The notes below the pieces were generated by a model, which did not search any database, had not been told where the DNA came from, and saw nothing but the letters and a program-made list of their open reading frames with translations. A program made the position numbers and the translations under genes. A stretch of 64,000 nt of DNA from Lama glama (Eukaryota), in the NCBI GenBank assembly GCA_028534125.1, contig CM052816.1, positions 73,596,001-73,660,000 on the forward strand. The letters are read 5' to 3'. Below are positions 1 to 12,765 of the stretch, piece by piece; within the stretch, counting starts at the first letter, position 1, and every line of letters begins with the position of its first letter.

Positions 1-640
1 ACTTGTGAGAAAGCAAATTATTATGACTTTTTTGGAAAATAATTAGGCACTACCTTGTAAAGTGGAACATTTTTATGTCTTCACACAGTTATTTCACTCC
101 GAAAGAAATGTTTGCACATGAGGGCCAGAATATATACATATACATATATACATTTATATGTATATATTATTTTCCTTCTAGAAAATATGTACCAGGCTCT
201 TAAGAGCAGAAATATTACTTATAATTGTAAAACAATGGAAACTGAAATGCCCTTCCTCATGAACAGGGAAATAAATAAATTATGCTATTTTAGGTAGAAC
301 TCTCTCTATAGGATGAATTCACAGCTACACGCAAAGCTGCAAATAAATGGTAGAAATACAATACTGGTAAACAAGTCCTAGAAAATAATATATGACATCA
401 CTTTTATAAAGCTCAACTGTTTAGGGAGTCACACATAGTAGAAAAACTATTTTTTAAAGCAAGGTAGTGGTAACATTCAAGATAGTGGTTGCAGCACAAG
501 CAAGGGACTGTGACAGGAGAGAAGTACATGGGCCTTCAGTGATTTTGGTTTTGTACCTGAACACTTTATTGTTATGCTACATAATTAACATGTTTTACAT
601 ATATATTCTTTCGTACATATCAATTATATAATTTAACAGT
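1..640 (+). mobile_element. Old L1M (L1MC/L1ME-type) 3' UTR fragment
   Basis: Degenerate L1 3'-UTR motifs (…atgaattcacagctacac…, …aaagctcaactgtttagggagtcacac…, …cattcaagatagtggtt…); boundaries approximate. Confidence 0.6.
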
Positions 641-1748
641 TTTTAAAGATTAAGTAAGTTTATGCGTGTATGTGTGTAATGCACTTTTGAAAGGCTTAGT
701 TGTTATCTCAATACACGTTTTAATCTCATGCAGAAGGAATAAACAAAAGGCCATATTTCCCAGACTTCTCCACTCCCTTACACTGAGTAAAGAGAGAAAC
801 AAGTTCCATAAGGATTAAGGGCTCAGTGACAACCATATGATTCATTCCAGCACTCCACCACTCCTGCTAAGAGACCCAGGCCTTCAGCCTGTCTATAGCT
901 TGGTATCCTGTTTAGGGTTCTTAACTATAAGGTAAAGAAGGTCAAAGAGAAAGCTTTATCACCAGGAATGAGCTCAGTCTTCTTGTATCTCCAACTGCTT
1001 CCCACAAAGGGGAAGCAAATAGAAGACAAAATCAGTTAAAATCTCTGAAAATAAACAAGCTCAATGCCTTCCATAATCCTACAACCCATCCATAAATAAA
1101 TAAAATCAAAGAAAAGAAAAGAGGAAAAGAAAAAACATTTGACTAGTTGCTGAAATTCTTCTATTTTTGACCCTTTGAAGTTCAAGGTACATTTTTAGCT
1201 TTCAGATAAACTTGTACAACTGCACGTAGATAAAATGACCATATAATCCCTCTTGTCAGATAATTTTTTTAAAAACTGTCCAATTTTCTAGAAATACTTC
1301 CAGTAACCTATTGATATTTTCCTGTGGTCACATTATTCTGGCAATAATTAAGTGGTGTGAAGCAGCCTCTTCCAAGAGATGTTTTTGCCATTCCCTTGCC
1401 AAAAGAAGTAGAGGCATCCCTGAACCTATCACAATTTACACTCAAAATTTCCATCTATATTAACTGTATGATTTTCTTAATAAGCATGTGGTGGTTTCAA
1501 CAAACTTGGAGAAAATCTTGTGAGAATTACTGTGGTATATACCTTTAAAATAAAATTACTGAAGCTATAACCCACTGGTTCAGCGTTAGAGCAGAGATAG
1601 AACAATAAGTAAAAAGTAACTCAATTTATGTCTTAAATTATCTGAACACTAGTAAAAGGATATAGTTCACAGCAACAACTTACTTGGAAACTCCTTCTCT
1701 TTGCCTGTAAGTTTTCCTTATATAACATTATTACTTTCATGCCAATTA

Positions 1749-1790
1749 GGAAGGAAGGAAGGAAGGAAAGAATGAAGGAAGGAAGGAAGG
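1749..1790 (+). repeat. (GGAA)n microsatellite, imperfect
   Basis: ggaaggaaggaaggaaggaaagaatgaaggaaggaaggaagg read directly. Confidence 0.95.
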
Positions 1791-2056
1791 GGTTAAATGT
1801 AAGAGAAGGAAAACAAATAGAGAAGAATTCTCTAAGTCCTGATCAGCCTTGTTCTCTACCTCCTCTTTTGCTTTCTGTTAGGTAGGATGTGCCTAAATGG
1901 GAGAGGAAGGGAAAAAACTGAGTTCACAAAACCAGAATCTTTAGTGGTCAGTAGTAGAGTGAAGACTGTGGACAAATTTAAGTAAAGTATTTTTGACTAA
2001 GCTATTTATGAAGATCATTCCATATATTCTGACAGTCTAAGTGAACTTACTTAAAT

Positions 2057-2650
2057 CAGTGGTTCTCTAATTGGCTATGAATTTGAAACACTAAAGGGAC
2101 TTTCACTTTTCCTTTACTGCTGAAGGATAATTCTGCTGAGCATAGAACTCTAGGTTGACGACTTTTTCTTTTTAATGCTTTATTTCATTCCATTTTATTC
2201 TTGCTTGTATGGTTTCTGATGCGAAGTCTCCATAAGTCTTCTCCTGATTCTCTGTACTTAAGATGTTTTATTCTCTCTGGCCTCTCTCATGATTTTGTGT
2301 TTGCTTTTGGTTTTCTGCGTTTTGAATAGGGTATGTCTATATTTTTTGGTTTATTCAGCTTGGCTGTAACTCTCTCTGGATTCATCACTGTCTCCAAATT
2401 TCAGGAAGGTGATTTTCCCTATGACTTTAGCCTTCTGAAAGGTTCAGCCAAAGTCACTGATCTCTTAGTTTGTTCAGATATTTTTCTTGTTGTAAGGTTA
2501 GGAAAAATGACTTCCAAGTTGTTCACGTGTCAAGGCTAAAACCAGAAGTTTTAAGGGGCTTTTAAAAATTCAGTTGGATTGGGTTGTTACCAGGAATATG
2601 TTTTTACTACCCTAGTGATTGTAATGTGCAGCCAGTATTAAGTCATTTCC
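2057..2650. mobile_element. MER5-type hAT-Charlie DNA transposon relic split by an antisense L1M fragment (~2100-2550)
   Basis: Left end cagtggttctct…; right part …ccctagtgattgtaatgtgcagccag…; the intervening sequence has antisense L1 motifs (…gcatagaactctaggttgac…cttgcttgtatggtttctgatg…). Confidence 0.55.
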
Positions 2651-5600
2651 TTAGATTTTTAGACCTTAAAACATTTCTAAATTATGATATTATTCAAGAT
2701 GACCTGATAACAGATAACATGACTCTAACTATTTGTACTTTTCTGTCTGACAAATGCTATGTGGCATGTTATTTAATAGACCATGGTTGTGGCACCTCTA
2801 GCCTTCATCCTGTGTATTAGAACCAATCTACCATCTCCCAGAACCTCACTCACCTGAGACAGAGCTCCTGGATCAGTCATCTTTTCTATACTGAGCCCTG
2901 TTATTATCCCAGAGAACTTCAAAATCCATACAAGAAAATCACGAACTCTTGTCTCATAGATTCATGACTTGCTCAAGTCCTGAGAACTTTACTTATGTTC
3001 CTCTTAAACAGCCAACCCCATGGTCACCCACTTTATCTTATCTGACCTCAGTAACACTTGGCAATACTGCTCACTCTGTCCTTGACAATATATCCTTCCA
3101 CCACTGTCATAATTCCCTTCTGGCATCTCTCCTTTCGCTTGGACTATTGCTACTTATTTGCCTTCATGGGCTCCTATTCCTGCATTCTCTGCTGTTTGTG
3201 TTATTCATTGTTCCCCTTTTTCCATTCCTCTTTGTGTTCTAAACACTTCACATGGATGACTTCACCCATAGTTTTGGCTTCAATTATCATCCAACAGAGA
3301 AATCAAAGAACTATTCTTCCACTTTCTCTAAGACATGTTTATAAGTAGATATTTCTACTATTTTGGTTACATTTTATATATATCATACTTTAAAGGTACA
3401 TAGTTTGATTCTTAACTTTTTAATTACATGACACAGGAAGTTAAAAACATTATTTTTGCAAAAGTTTCAAAAACCCATCAGATTCAAAAGGGGCTGACCA
3501 CCAAGAACAGATTAAGCATCACTGCTCAAGGCAAGTGATATATCATCTCTTACTGGTTGATTGACTTTTAATCATCCACTTATTGTTCCAGTGCAAAAAA
3601 TGGGAGGTAACATTTATAGTTAGAGAAGAATTACAAGTTGTCATCAATTATGTATTGTTTTTATTTTTTGTATAAATATCTAGTATCCTACATTACACAG
3701 TAATCTCCTCCTCCTATACAGAAAGACTTGGTGTTTCACTTCTTTAGGATAACTCCCCCAGAACAATGAACTTCAAACTGGATTAGCAACAAGATTCCAG
3801 TGCCCTAGCACAATTTGCATTTAAAACTGCCCAGATAATTCTATTACAAAGCATAGTAGCTTAGCCCGGCTCAGTTTTGAAGACTAGTAGCTACTGATAG
3901 GTACTTGTTAAATGACTAACTACATGATTCCTCTCCAAAACAGCTAGAAATTTGACTCTACATTTAATACATAGAAAAAGATGACAGTTTTCTAATAGGT
4001 AAGAAAGTTTTCTTATTGTTTTGTTTTGCTTTGGCTTTTATTTCTTGTTTAGCAATTTGACTTTGGATGTAAATAGGATAACTTTTTTCATTAATGGAAT
4101 CATTGTCCCTCAATTTTCTTTGACACATTATAAAAAAGGCTTTAGAGTTACAATATGAACATGTGATCTACAAACCATCCAAAAATTCTCATTCATTTGT
4201 AGCATATTTCCCTTTTTATGAGAGAAAAAGGATATATTCATTGTTATTCAGCATAAATCATAAGATTATTTGTAACTCCCAATACTACTTCTTTCCATTT
4301 TTTTCCCAAGTAAATAATCACATCTCCATCATTTAACATCATTCAAATCATGATTGTACCTGGATAAAATAATTTCAAATATGGGAGTGAAGCTTATGAG
4401 TCAAGCTTATCCAGAGGGCACACATTTTTGAAAGGGGAGATGTGAAATAATCTTAAATTTAGTCCTTAAGCACAGTATAATATTTAGTGGGCCATTATTT
4501 TCACAGTTCATCACAATGAGTAGCTTTGCCTTATTTGTTTTATAGGGAACATTTTATCCATCCCATAAAAATCTTTTTTCCCTCTCCTCTTCTTTAAGCA
4601 AGAGTTGATGATTAAACATTGAATTTTAATGAGTGTAAGAATATCCTAGTTCACTGAAATTAGAAGCTCTCATTTGCAAGTTCCCATTCTAGCTGCAGGA
4701 GAACTTTTCTAACACTCTCCAGCATAATATATTGCTGCTGCTTTGAATTTCATTCACCAAATAACTCCATTAATTACCAGCGACCAGACTTCACTTCTTT
4801 TGTGGTGTTTCGTGCACCTGGTTTGCAGACGGGATGTAGTAACAGAAGCAGACAGAGCATACCCAGACTGCAGTACAGGCCAGAGTGTTGGCTACTCTCA
4901 ACTAATTTTATGTGTCTGTGGGGAACAGCTTTAGATTTCAACCAGCTGAAGTTACTGTTTGCTCTTTATTCAACACCAGTGTAGTTCCACACAGTCAGAA
5001 AAAGAAAAGTGAATTTTCAAGATTTTGATCAAGTCATCATTTAATTGCTGTCCTGTTTAAATAACTATGGATTCATACATTGAAATAAAAACCACACAGA
5101 TCAAAGCCTCCTAATGATTTGGAGCTTTGTCATTGACTCTGCATATTAACGGCATAGTATCTGTCTAGTAATAATTTCACAATAAAGGTTGAGGGTACCT
5201 TTGGAAATATAAGCAAAAAAAGCCTTAATATTCTGTATCCTTATTTACAATTAATGTCTGTATTAGCTCAGGAAGTTGAAATATCTACTTAAAGTAAGTC
5301 TTAAAATGTCTTCTCTGCACATGGCATGAACTACATGTCTGTAACATGCCTGATAAATATTTGGAGGGAAGAACAATGCCTTGTTTTTACTGTGAAATCA
5401 GACTCTCTTCACTCTGTTATATTAACATGTTTTTCCACATTCAGGAGAGGTTTTCTGACAAGGAACTAGTCACAGAAGCTTGTCTTCGGGTCTTACTTCC
5501 CTGAGACCTCTCTAATAAGCCCTCCAGATAAAAGTGTCCACAGTATTCTTGGGCACTGTCCCAAGACAGGGCTTTAGGATGTGAGATGCAAGTTCTGTGT

Positions 5601-6875
5601 AAGTGTGTGGGAAGCATACTTCCTCCGCTTTGACTGAGATGGGAGGCAACATTGAGATAAAGATACAGATGGGGCAAGAGCATGGCATAATTCCTCAAAG
5701 ATCTCCAGCACATCTGAGTTAAAACTGATAATTACAGATCCCTCTCACACTAACTTCAGCACTCCAAAATAAAGTGTAAAAGGTTATAGGAACCCTTGGG
5801 CTTTATATGCTGTCTCTGGACCCCATGGACCTCAATTTAGGGAAGTTTAGAATCATGAAAACCATCCTGAGGCTGTTTTTATAGCCACTACATGGCACCC
5901 CAAGGAATTATCAGAACACTCCATAATGACACACCATTTGGTCCAAATTGGTCCACTTCCCATAATGCCATCAAGAAGAATGAAATGAGGATATTCAGGG
6001 AGACTGATTTTCTGAGTGGACTGGGAGACATAATAGAAATATTTAAAGTTAAAGAAAACTCAAAATTTAAAATGTTTTCCCTTATAGATATGCCTACTTC
6101 ATTTTAAAATTAGTTCAGCTGAAAAAAAGATTTAATACTCTATTTTAATTTTTATACCTAAAAAACAGATATAGAAGTCAAAAAGTTGCTTGACTATACA
6201 ACAAAATAAAATCTACAGCATTTTGTCTAATATTGATTTCATCATTGAAAAAAATGGAATTTTTCTTCTAGAGAACAGACTTTGATAGAAATGTCAAAAG
6301 ATTTTTGCTAACTTTATCTTTTAATCTTAGTCTTTGTGGCAATTATTCCCAGACCTTATTGTGGTTTCCTGCACAAAATTATACCCTTAAGCATAGCAGA
6401 CTTTACATTTACTACAGGCTCAAGACAATAAAAAGTCAACAGCAGGAGAAAATATGTTTTATATGTTCAGTTAACTTTACACAGAACTGGAAAATATTGG
6501 CAAATGGCACTTAATTATGTTACTCTAGCTTCTTTGATATAGCTAAAAAGTTGCCAGCCTGAATAGAGATTATCAATTTCTAGTTAGTCAGATAGAATAA
6601 TTATTTATATTATTATTTAAAGCCTTCAAATAATAGTTTGTATTTAACATTTTTTAAATTTCTCCCCTATTTGACTTTGTAGCATTTTCACTGTGTTTTT
6701 AACTTAAATTGTCTTCAAATATAAAATGAAAGAAAAGTTATTTTATTTGAGACACATTAAAAATATAAATAAACTAGGCACGAGTACCCTAATTTCCTTA
6801 GCAGGTTGATTTAGATCTTGCATTTGTTTAACATCATTCGCATCAGAGATTTTTCCACTGATGATAGAGTTTCCA

Positions 6876-7395
6876 TGCATTAGTTATGTATGGCAATATA
6901 ATGAATTACTTTGCAACTTGGCTGCTTAAAACAACAGATATTAATGTTCTTACACTTTCTATGGGTCAGGAATTCAGGAGTGGCTTCACAAGTGGTTCTA
7001 GATCAGGTTCTCTCATCAGATTACAGGCAAGCTGTCAGCCAGGGCTGCCATCACATGCACACACAGCTGGGGCTGGAGGATCTGCTTTCAAGAGGGCTCT
7101 CTCTTATACCTACTGGCAAGAAGCCTCAGTTGCCCACTGGTTAATGGCAGAAAGCCTCAGGTTTTTGCCACATGGGCTTTTCTACAGGGCTTGAGTGTCC
7201 TTGTGACATGGCAGATGGCTTTCCCCAAAGCAAGTCACATAAGAAAGCAAAAGGAAGCCACAGTTCCTTGTAACATCTAGCTGCAGAAGTTACACTCCAT
7301 CATTTCCACAATAGTCTATAGGTTATACAAATTACCTCTAACATGGGAGGGGACTATACCAGGCTGTGAATATAGGACATGGAGATTATTGAGAA
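6876..7395 (-). mobile_element. MLT1-type (ERVL-MaLR) solo LTR
   Basis: tgcattagtt…gcttaaaacaacag…tgggtcaggaattcaggagtggctt…gcttgagtgtccttgtgacatggcag…gggaggggactatacc motifs typical of MLT1F/G/H; accounts for ORFs 6886 and 6911. Confidence 0.8.
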
Positions 7396-9469
7396 GAGCT
7401 GCAACAATCTAGTTCAGCAGAGAAGGAAAAAAAAAAAAAAGAAAAAAAAAACACAATGACAGAAATAATCCCCATACAGAAGAAAGATGGACTGCAGGTC
7501 ATAAACAGTAAAAATTTCAGAGCAGGACTGGCTGGCACATTTTTAGTATTAAAATATTTTGGGGAATACTACACAAAAACTACTCATACTCTAAATAAGA
7601 CCCAAATGCAAGTGACTAAAACCATGTGGATTTCTAGGACATATACCTGCCTTTTATTCATTTACCTTAATTTCATTTCTCTTAAATCCTTCAATAATTG
7701 ATACTCATCGTAATTGCTGCTTGGGTTTACTAATCTCTAAACGCTCTAAACTCCCTCTAAACACTAAGAAGGCACAGAATAGCATGTAAAAGAGGAACCT
7801 CATGACATTTTGCAAACAGAAATTAAACTCAAATGGTAGAAATAATAAGCTGTTACCATTTGAATTGTAAGCTGACATTGCTATCAGCCTGCGGATATGT
7901 AACTAAAAAGGAAGATTTGTAAACTACACTCTGACTTTGTACATAAATAAACGAAGCTTCTGCTAGAAATGCCATATGTGTACCCTGTGTGTAATAGAGA
8001 CCATAAAGAGGTATAAACGAAGAGTCTTTTTTGGCTTTTCAAAGTCCTATTGGATGACCAACTCACTGGTCCTATTTCTTTTTTGGACAAGAAATCCTCA
8101 AAGGAGGTATCATGGAGCCTGAACTGGTTTTCCTTCCTCAGGACTGACTTTCTTGTTGCATTGAAGGAACTTTACCTCCAGAATGACAATGTCCCTTGAT
8201 GGAATTAGTATTCCCCACCACCCAGGAAATGAGAGTAAGGAACATTTGAACAGTAAGGTCAAACGCTTTATTAGCCTAAGGTCTGCCCTTCGTGACAAAT
8301 GGCCAGAAAATACATAGCCCTAAATAGAGATATACACTAGATTGAAGGGAAACACAGTGAATCCAAGTGCAAAAGACAGTACCTGAGCCCAGCAGAATGA
8401 GAAAAGTACTTAGAAGGGAATGAGCTAAAGGTGAGGAGAATCAGTAGCATGGATAAGCTGAGGTTATAAGGAGCAATGAATGTTCTGTGTAACTTCAGGT
8501 GGGGAAAATGCAGAGAGAAAGGAAAGAAAATAGAGTAGAGGAGAAGAAGCAAATTGAGCTCTATTAGAACTTGCATCCAGTCCAGCAGCTACTGAGAAAT
8601 GCACTACGGAACAGCAAGCACATGCAGAGAGATACTCTCATCCATACACATCATGGAAGAGGCAGAAGAGGGTCCTGGGTTTATAGCTGGCTAGGGGATC
8701 AGAAGTGAGGAGCGAAGTTAGAGATAAATCCAGGCTTGTATTTAGGGAATGCTCGGCCTTATCTAGAAGGATAGCTTACAGGTGGTGTTGGAGCAGGGAT
8801 AAGAGGAGGTTGGCAGTTAGCAAAGGAGCTGGGTGGGTGGTAGAGTGTGGTTCCCAAAGAGCGTAAAGCATCACCAATGGGATAAAGGAGGTTGGAGAAC
8901 AGGGCCCAAGAAAGTTCTGAAGATTATACTCTCCTAGTTTTATTCCCCTAGACACAAATGGCAGAGCTCCATTACCAAATTCATCTGATGGCCCAGAACA
9001 GCTTATCACAAGAAGATAACCCATTAATCATTAAACCATGACTCAAACATTAATTACCGATGACGAGAGAGACTATGGGACTCATAATGCCCAGGTGGCT
9101 TTACTGAAACCCTTAATTGCAAAGTTCCAGATATGGAGTTATATTAATGAATATAGCATATTACCAGGCTCTCTATGGATTCTAATGAGCTAACTTTTCA
9201 TTTGTATTTCTTACTTCCCTATGACTTAAAAATTATGACAAATAATTAATACTTTCTTTGGGCATTTTTAGTAGGCGGCTGAAAAAATGTGAGTGGGGGT
9301 TAACCACACAGTAATCAAGGATGTGGCTCAAAATATAAAGGTGGAATAAATTGAAGAGTCAAGTACCTCTATAAATCCGTGGTTCTATTGACCACATAAG
9401 GGCGTCAGTTTATATAAACAGTGCACTTTTAATCTTTGAAGTATTTCCACATATTTTCCATATTCCATT

Positions 9470-9620
9470 TCATAGCCTTGTAACAGTCCTGGAATAAATT
9501 GGGTAGGTGTATCTGTTCCTTTAGCTAGAGAAACAGACTCACAGAGGATAAATGATTTCTATAAGCTGGTACATGACAGAGCCATGGCATACAAGTGCCC
9601 TGAATCCTGGTCTGGTATTT
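9470..9620 (-). mobile_element. MIR SINE fragment
   Basis: …gagaaacagactcacagaggataaatgattt…agctggtacatgacagagcc… matches the antisense MIR core. Confidence 0.6.
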
Positions 9621-9639
9621 GTTTCCCCTGGACCAGAGC

Positions 9640-9940
9640 TTCTGGAACTTTAATATAAATCACTGGGAATTTTGAACTATGGATTCGGATGTAGTAGGTC
9701 TAGGGTGGGGGCTGGTATTATGCATTTCTAACAGGTTCCCAGGTGATACTGATGCTCCTGGTCTGTAGTTCTACACAAAAGTACATCCAATTCAATAATC
9801 TCTTAATCAATTGTGTTTTTAAAAACAGGGATTCAAGAGCCCTAACGCAGAGGATTCAGTAGGTTTGAGACAGGGCCCTGATGCTGACTTTTTTTTTAAG
9901 CTCCACATGTGATTTTGATTCATAAACAGGGCTTAGAACT
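9640..9940. mobile_element. Two adjacent MER5-type hAT-Charlie fragments
   Basis: gtaggtctagggtgggggctggtattatgcatttctaacaggttcccaggtgatactgatgctcctggtc and gattcagtaggtttgagacagggcc…aagctccacatgtgattttgat…gcttagaac. Confidence 0.75.
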
Positions 9941-10309
9941 AAAAATCTCAGCACCTGTAAGGCACGTTTTTAAAATTTAGAGAGTATTTTCACTGCAGTT
10001 GTACTGACACTAGTTCCATCCTAACTCACAAGGGAACTGTTTTGTACATTTATGGAATATTGAACTTTATTTCTTTCAGATTTCCCTCTCATCTTTTGAT
10101 CTTAGGACTTTTGTTTCTCTAGTTCCCAAAGTACAAAATATCATAGCACTCTATAATGTCACAAGATGTCAGTTTCACTCATTTTTGTTTAAAATAACAT
10201 CACTTACAAATTTCAACCCCCATTTTCTTTGATCTTTTAAGATGTCTATGCTTCTTGGAGAATTTATTGTCAGGTGTAATTTTCACTACAAGGCACATTT
10301 TGGAGGTTT

Positions 10310-10570
10310 GTACAGAGATAAGGAGAAAGTGTTCAGGATATAAAAATTGTTTCAAGAATTACATTTTGGAAGGGGAAAAAGCTAGCATCTGAATGACAAA
10401 GAAATGGCAACCTTACTGCCACAATAAAGTTTCCCAAGTGAGCACATGGCAAAGACAGGCTGAGATAAGAGCAGGCACCGACAGGAGGCGTGAGGGATGA
10501 TGTGCCGTGCTCACGGTCGTGCATGTGGTCTTCGGGAGTTTGATAATCTAGCAAGTTATCTTCCAGATAT
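10310..10570. promoter_or_regulatory. Candidate enhancer: GATA/RUNX/E-box cluster with local CpG retention
   Basis: WGATAA/TTATCT at 10316, 10463, 10541 and 10556; TGTGGT at 10524; 6 CpGs in 10479-10534 against a CpG-depleted background; no recognisable repeat. Confidence 0.4.
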
Positions 10571-10839
10571 TCCACTCATTGACCTAAGAGGCATGTTAAG
10601 AGCAGTCTAAAGATGCACACAGTTTTTTCTTTGTAAGGATGACCTTCACTTTTAAACTGCTAAACTCAACCTTAGCCCACGTTTACTTCTCAGATTAAAG
10701 CAAACAAAGGTGGTGACAACAGGGTACAGGCTTCTGGAAGAACAGTTCAGGGGATTATCAATTCTTCCCATCCCCCAGAGCCCCTCCCCAACCACAACCT
10801 CAGTATCTTCATGTTATTGCTTTGGGGTCCTTATGGGAT

Positions 10840-11285
10840 AATGTCCCTAGAGCAGAAATGCTTTCTCAGTTTACCCTGTTCTTAATATTTGCAGTTTTTT
10901 CACAGCACACCCTAAACCAAAAGAAAAAGCAACAGTTCTAATAGTTAGGTCCAAAAACCTTGTAAGTACTTACATTCTAACAGTTCAGTGACTGCTGAGC
11001 ACAGCACCACTTCTCAAACCTTAAAATCAAAAGAAACACTGCTGCCTTCATTTTGTGGTCTGAAATGATTTTCACAAGGTCCTTGTTTCTTATCACAAAA
11101 ACCTAGCTTCACAAAAATATGACATGAACCAATGGAATATAGCAATCTGATGCTGAAGCTGTTAATTCATGTAAGGTCCGCAAAATGTTACGGTTTCCCT
11201 TGAAATTTTAAAACATTTAGTTATGTCCCTATACATCTGTTGTAGCACCCCACAAAGCCTTAGCACAAAATTTGGGAATAATGCA
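10840..11285. mobile_element. Probable hAT-Charlie DNA transposon relic
   Basis: Charlie-like right terminus (…cacaaaatttgggaataatg) and degenerate internal sequence; family not resolved. Confidence 0.4.
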
Positions 11286-12424
11286 CCCAGATTTGAAGCC
11301 CACGATTCAGATTTCTGGTCCGGGCTGCTGAGCCTTTTGTCCAAGTCTTATGAGAGAAATTTGTTAATTACTCTGAGTTCCAACTTCTTCACTTTAAAAT
11401 AGAAACGATAATTTTCAGGGTTCTAGGAGGGAATACAACCAAAATTACTTTGTATGTAGAAATGCTCAAGATGTAGAGTGCTCTCTTAAGAGTTGGTCTA
11501 ATATAGTGAATTCTAAATTGTTTGCTTTTTTGAATATAGAATCCCTTCTTCAAATAAAACATCCTAAGATGCAAAACACACATCTGACATTAAACACAGA
11601 GATATGCCATTGAAAAAGGCATGCTGGTCATTTTCCTCAGATCTATTCCATATCCTCTTCATACTTTGTTCTCCAAGGGGGATGGACATCAAATGTTTCC
11701 TAGACTTTCTTGCAAATTTGCTTCCCATGAGCTAGTAGGCTTGTAGGCTTGTAGGCTATTAAAGGAAGAACCCAAGGTATTCCCCCAGCTCTGTCTCCCA
11801 GAGCATCTTCAGTATTTCTGTTTTCAGCCCCCCATGAAAGGCCCCCTCCTGCAAGCTTCCCATTCCCATCACAGGGCCTCACCTCTCCTCCCAAGTTCCC
11901 TCCAGGCCTATGAGTAATGGTGAATTCCTACAGTTGGTCGTCTTGGATTTGTCTCCACTTCCCTAAGTTGCTCTTTCAAGCTCCACTAACATGTAGCTAA
12001 TTTTCTGTATCAATTTTTTTTCTGCTGGTTTTATTTTCATGGCTGGTTTCTGGCTGATACTAAGGTGTGAAGAGCCTAGAGACCTGCCTCTAGGCCTCAG
12101 GGTTCCTGACAAGGTCTTCTTTAAGCACATCTGAAAAACTCTTAAGGCTCATTCCTCACTCTGTCACTAAATACCTCTGTGATCTTGGATAAGTCGTGGA
12201 ACATCTCAGCCCCTCTGTTCACTCTGCAAGAATATTTGCCTTGACCACTCATAATAAATGAGAAGTATTTGGGGATGATTTGAAATGTGAGACTAACCTT
12301 TTATTACATCCCAAGCCTTTGAGTATTTGGATGAAGGATCTATATTTAAATATAAAATAAAGGTGTTGACTCCCAGGAAGCCAAAAAAATATACCTGATC
12401 TTCCTCTATGACCTAGGCCTTGCT

Positions 12425-12765
12425 TTTTTTTTTAATAGACTTTATTTTTTAGAGCAGTTTCAGGTTCACAGCAGAACTGAGCAGAAAATACAGAGTTCAC
12501 ACATAGCCCTCCCCACTCACACATCTATACTTCCCTACCCTCAATACCCCTCATCAGTGTGGCATATTTGGTATAATCAACGGACCATCATGGGCACATT
12601 ATTATCAACCAAATTCCATAGTTTACACTAGGGTTCACTCTTGATGTTGGACATTCTATGGGTTTTGACAAATGCATAATGACATGCAGCCATCACTTAC
12701 AGTATCATACAGAATAATTTCATTGCCCTAAAAATCCCTTGTGCTCCATCTGTTCATTCCTCCTA
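12425..12765 (-). mobile_element. L1MB-type 3' end, antisense
   Basis: Poly-T followed by aatagactttattttttagagcagtttcaggttcacagcagaactgagcagaaaatacagagttc…tagggttcactcttg…tgggttttgacaaatgcataatgac. Confidence 0.9.

Noticed and set aside
7425..7452. A-rich run as a processed-pseudogene tail
   Set aside because: No TSD or upstream mRNA-like body; it follows an MLT1 LTR
10333..10575. ORF MEYLEDNLLDYQ… as a coding exon
   Set aside because: Starts at GTG directly after an in-frame TGA; all frames from the nearby AG hit stops; a regulatory reading fits better
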